Assembly (NCBI GenBank): GCA_031553435.1 | Contig: JAVBLQ010000033.1 | Coordinates: 846-64,845 of the forward strand | DNA from: Bacteroidales bacterium | GTDB lineage: Bacteria > Bacteroidota > Bacteroidia > Bacteroidales > Azobacteroidaceae | Direction: 5' to 3' | DNA: 64,000 bases | Shown here: positions 63,192 through 64,000 of the stretch, piece after piece | Layout of the letters: each line of letters starts with the position of its first letter | How positions within the stretch are numbered: the stretch's first letter is position 1 | Notes under the pieces: model-generated | What the model saw: only the letters and a program-made list of their open reading frames with translations | Told to the model about the DNA's origin: nothing | The model's database searches: none | Translations under genes and position numbers: made by a program

Positions 63192-64000
63192 ATGAAACAC
63201 ACTTTTTTTATAATCCTATTCATAGCTTTTCTCCCCATTCACAGCCAGTCCCAAAAAGATGCAACCTATTGCAATCCGCTGGACCTGGATTATGGTTGGA
63301 GTATTTTCCAGAAAACCATGTCGCGTTCTTCCGCCGACCCGGTAGTTGTTCTTTTCAAAGGGAAATACTATCTTTTTTCAACGAATGATATAGGAGGATA
63401 CAGAGTCTCCGATGACTTAATCCATTGGAGAAACATTTTTTTCAATAAAGAGATTCATTCTGCAGCCTTGAACCAAGGATTTTATGTAGCTCCCGGAGTT
63501 GCTGCCGATGATAAATATATGTACTTCGTCAAACTGAATCGCAACCGGGAAGAAAAAACGGTAAAAATAATACGAAGTTCAGACCCTGAAAGTGGAATCT
63601 GGGAAGTAGCGTCCGATATCAGGAGAGTTTCGGATCCGACAATCTTCATCGATAAAGGACGCTATTTTATTTATTACGGACTCGGAGCCGAGCAGTCCAT
63701 CAAAGTATTTGAACTCGATCCCGTAACTCTTCAGGAAATACCAGGATCAGAAAGATTGTTGCTGGATTATATCACTGATGTCAACAATCATCAAAGTGGC
63801 TACCACATGGGACGCCGCGAAATATGGGATGAAATCGATACCCGCGCATGGAAAGGGAAATTCAAACGTTTGCCCAGTATCGAGGGCGCCTGGATTATCA
63901 ATCACAACGACCGGTATTACCTTCAGTTCGCTACCAATGGAACCCTTTCCATCTGGTATTGTGATGCTGTAATGGAAAGCAATGAACCGGACAGAGATTT
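63192..64000 (+). CDS. GH43-like glycoside hydrolase (5-bladed propeller), 3-prime partial at window end
   Basis: I translated this frame by hand from ATG 63192 and found no stop before 64000. Signal peptide MKHTFFIILFIAFLPIHSQ, SSADPVVVLFKGKYYLFST (catalytic Asp block) and LPSIEGAWIINHNDRYYL (Glu block). It is absent from the ORF track because it is open-ended. Confidence 0.6.
   Translation, partial: MKHTFFIILFIAFLPIHSQSQKDATYCNPLDLDYGWSIFQKTMSRSSADPVVVLFKGKYYLFSTNDIGGYRVSDDLIHWRNIFFNKEIHSAALNQGFYVAPGVAADDKYMYFVKLNRNREEKTVKIIRSSDPESGIWEVASDIRRVSDPTIFIDKGRYFIYYGLGAEQSIKVFELDPVTLQEIPGSERLLLDYITDVNNHQSGYHMGRREIWDEIDTRAWKGKFKRLPSIEGAWIINHNDRYYLQFATNGTLSIWYCDAVMESNEPDRD

Noticed and set aside
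38710-64000. The PUL as a horizontally acquired island or mobile element
   Set aside because: No integrase, transposase, tRNA target, conjugation genes or direct-repeat boundaries are visible. By eye, composition and hairpin-element content look the same as in the housekeeping part of the window.

Overview
AT-rich chromosomal segment with Bacteroidota (Bacteroidales-like) gene content: a SusC/SusD pair, a hybrid two-component sensor, T9SS-type C-terminal sorting domains and TAnnTTTG promoter boxes. I call about 46 protein-coding genes. I saw no rRNA, tRNA, CRISPR array, transposase, integrase or phage genes. Layout: 0.1-19.4 kb is housekeeping (GH28, MlaEF-like ABC pair, thrA plus an ApgM-like gene, YggS, NIF3, PhoH, TruA, a decayed ParE toxin with its antitoxin, a TPM protein, dGTPase, CbpA/CbpM). 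19.5-31.4 kb holds a CE15-like esterase, Kup, MeaB, DUF1573, HAD, an S9 peptidase and a WbpB-like oxidoreductase next to UxuA. 31.7-38.6 kb is a seven-gene HdrCBA-MvhD-FlxCBA-like redox operon. 38.7-64 kb is a polysaccharide utilization locus: HTCS, SusC/D, two SASA-type esterases, a GH88-DUF2264 fusion, GH43, two large clan-GH-A-like enzymes and two proteins of unknown function, several of them T9SS-tagged. The most unusual signal is non-coding. More than 20 intergenic gaps, nearly every gap over about 60 nt, hold long imperfect hairpins whose arms are tandem arrays of short words (GTTACRR, GTGAARA, ATATGCCAAT, AAACGT, GTGCACC, GAAAATG and others). The word families recur at distant loci, and many otherwise unrelated hairpins share the apical-loop motif GCTTRCGCMY. 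The elements abut or overlap stop and start codons, fill 5 of 6 intercistronic gaps of the hdr/flx operon, and also sit in divergent promoter regions, so they are not simply terminators. All protein family assignments rest on motif recognition by eye; no database search was possible.
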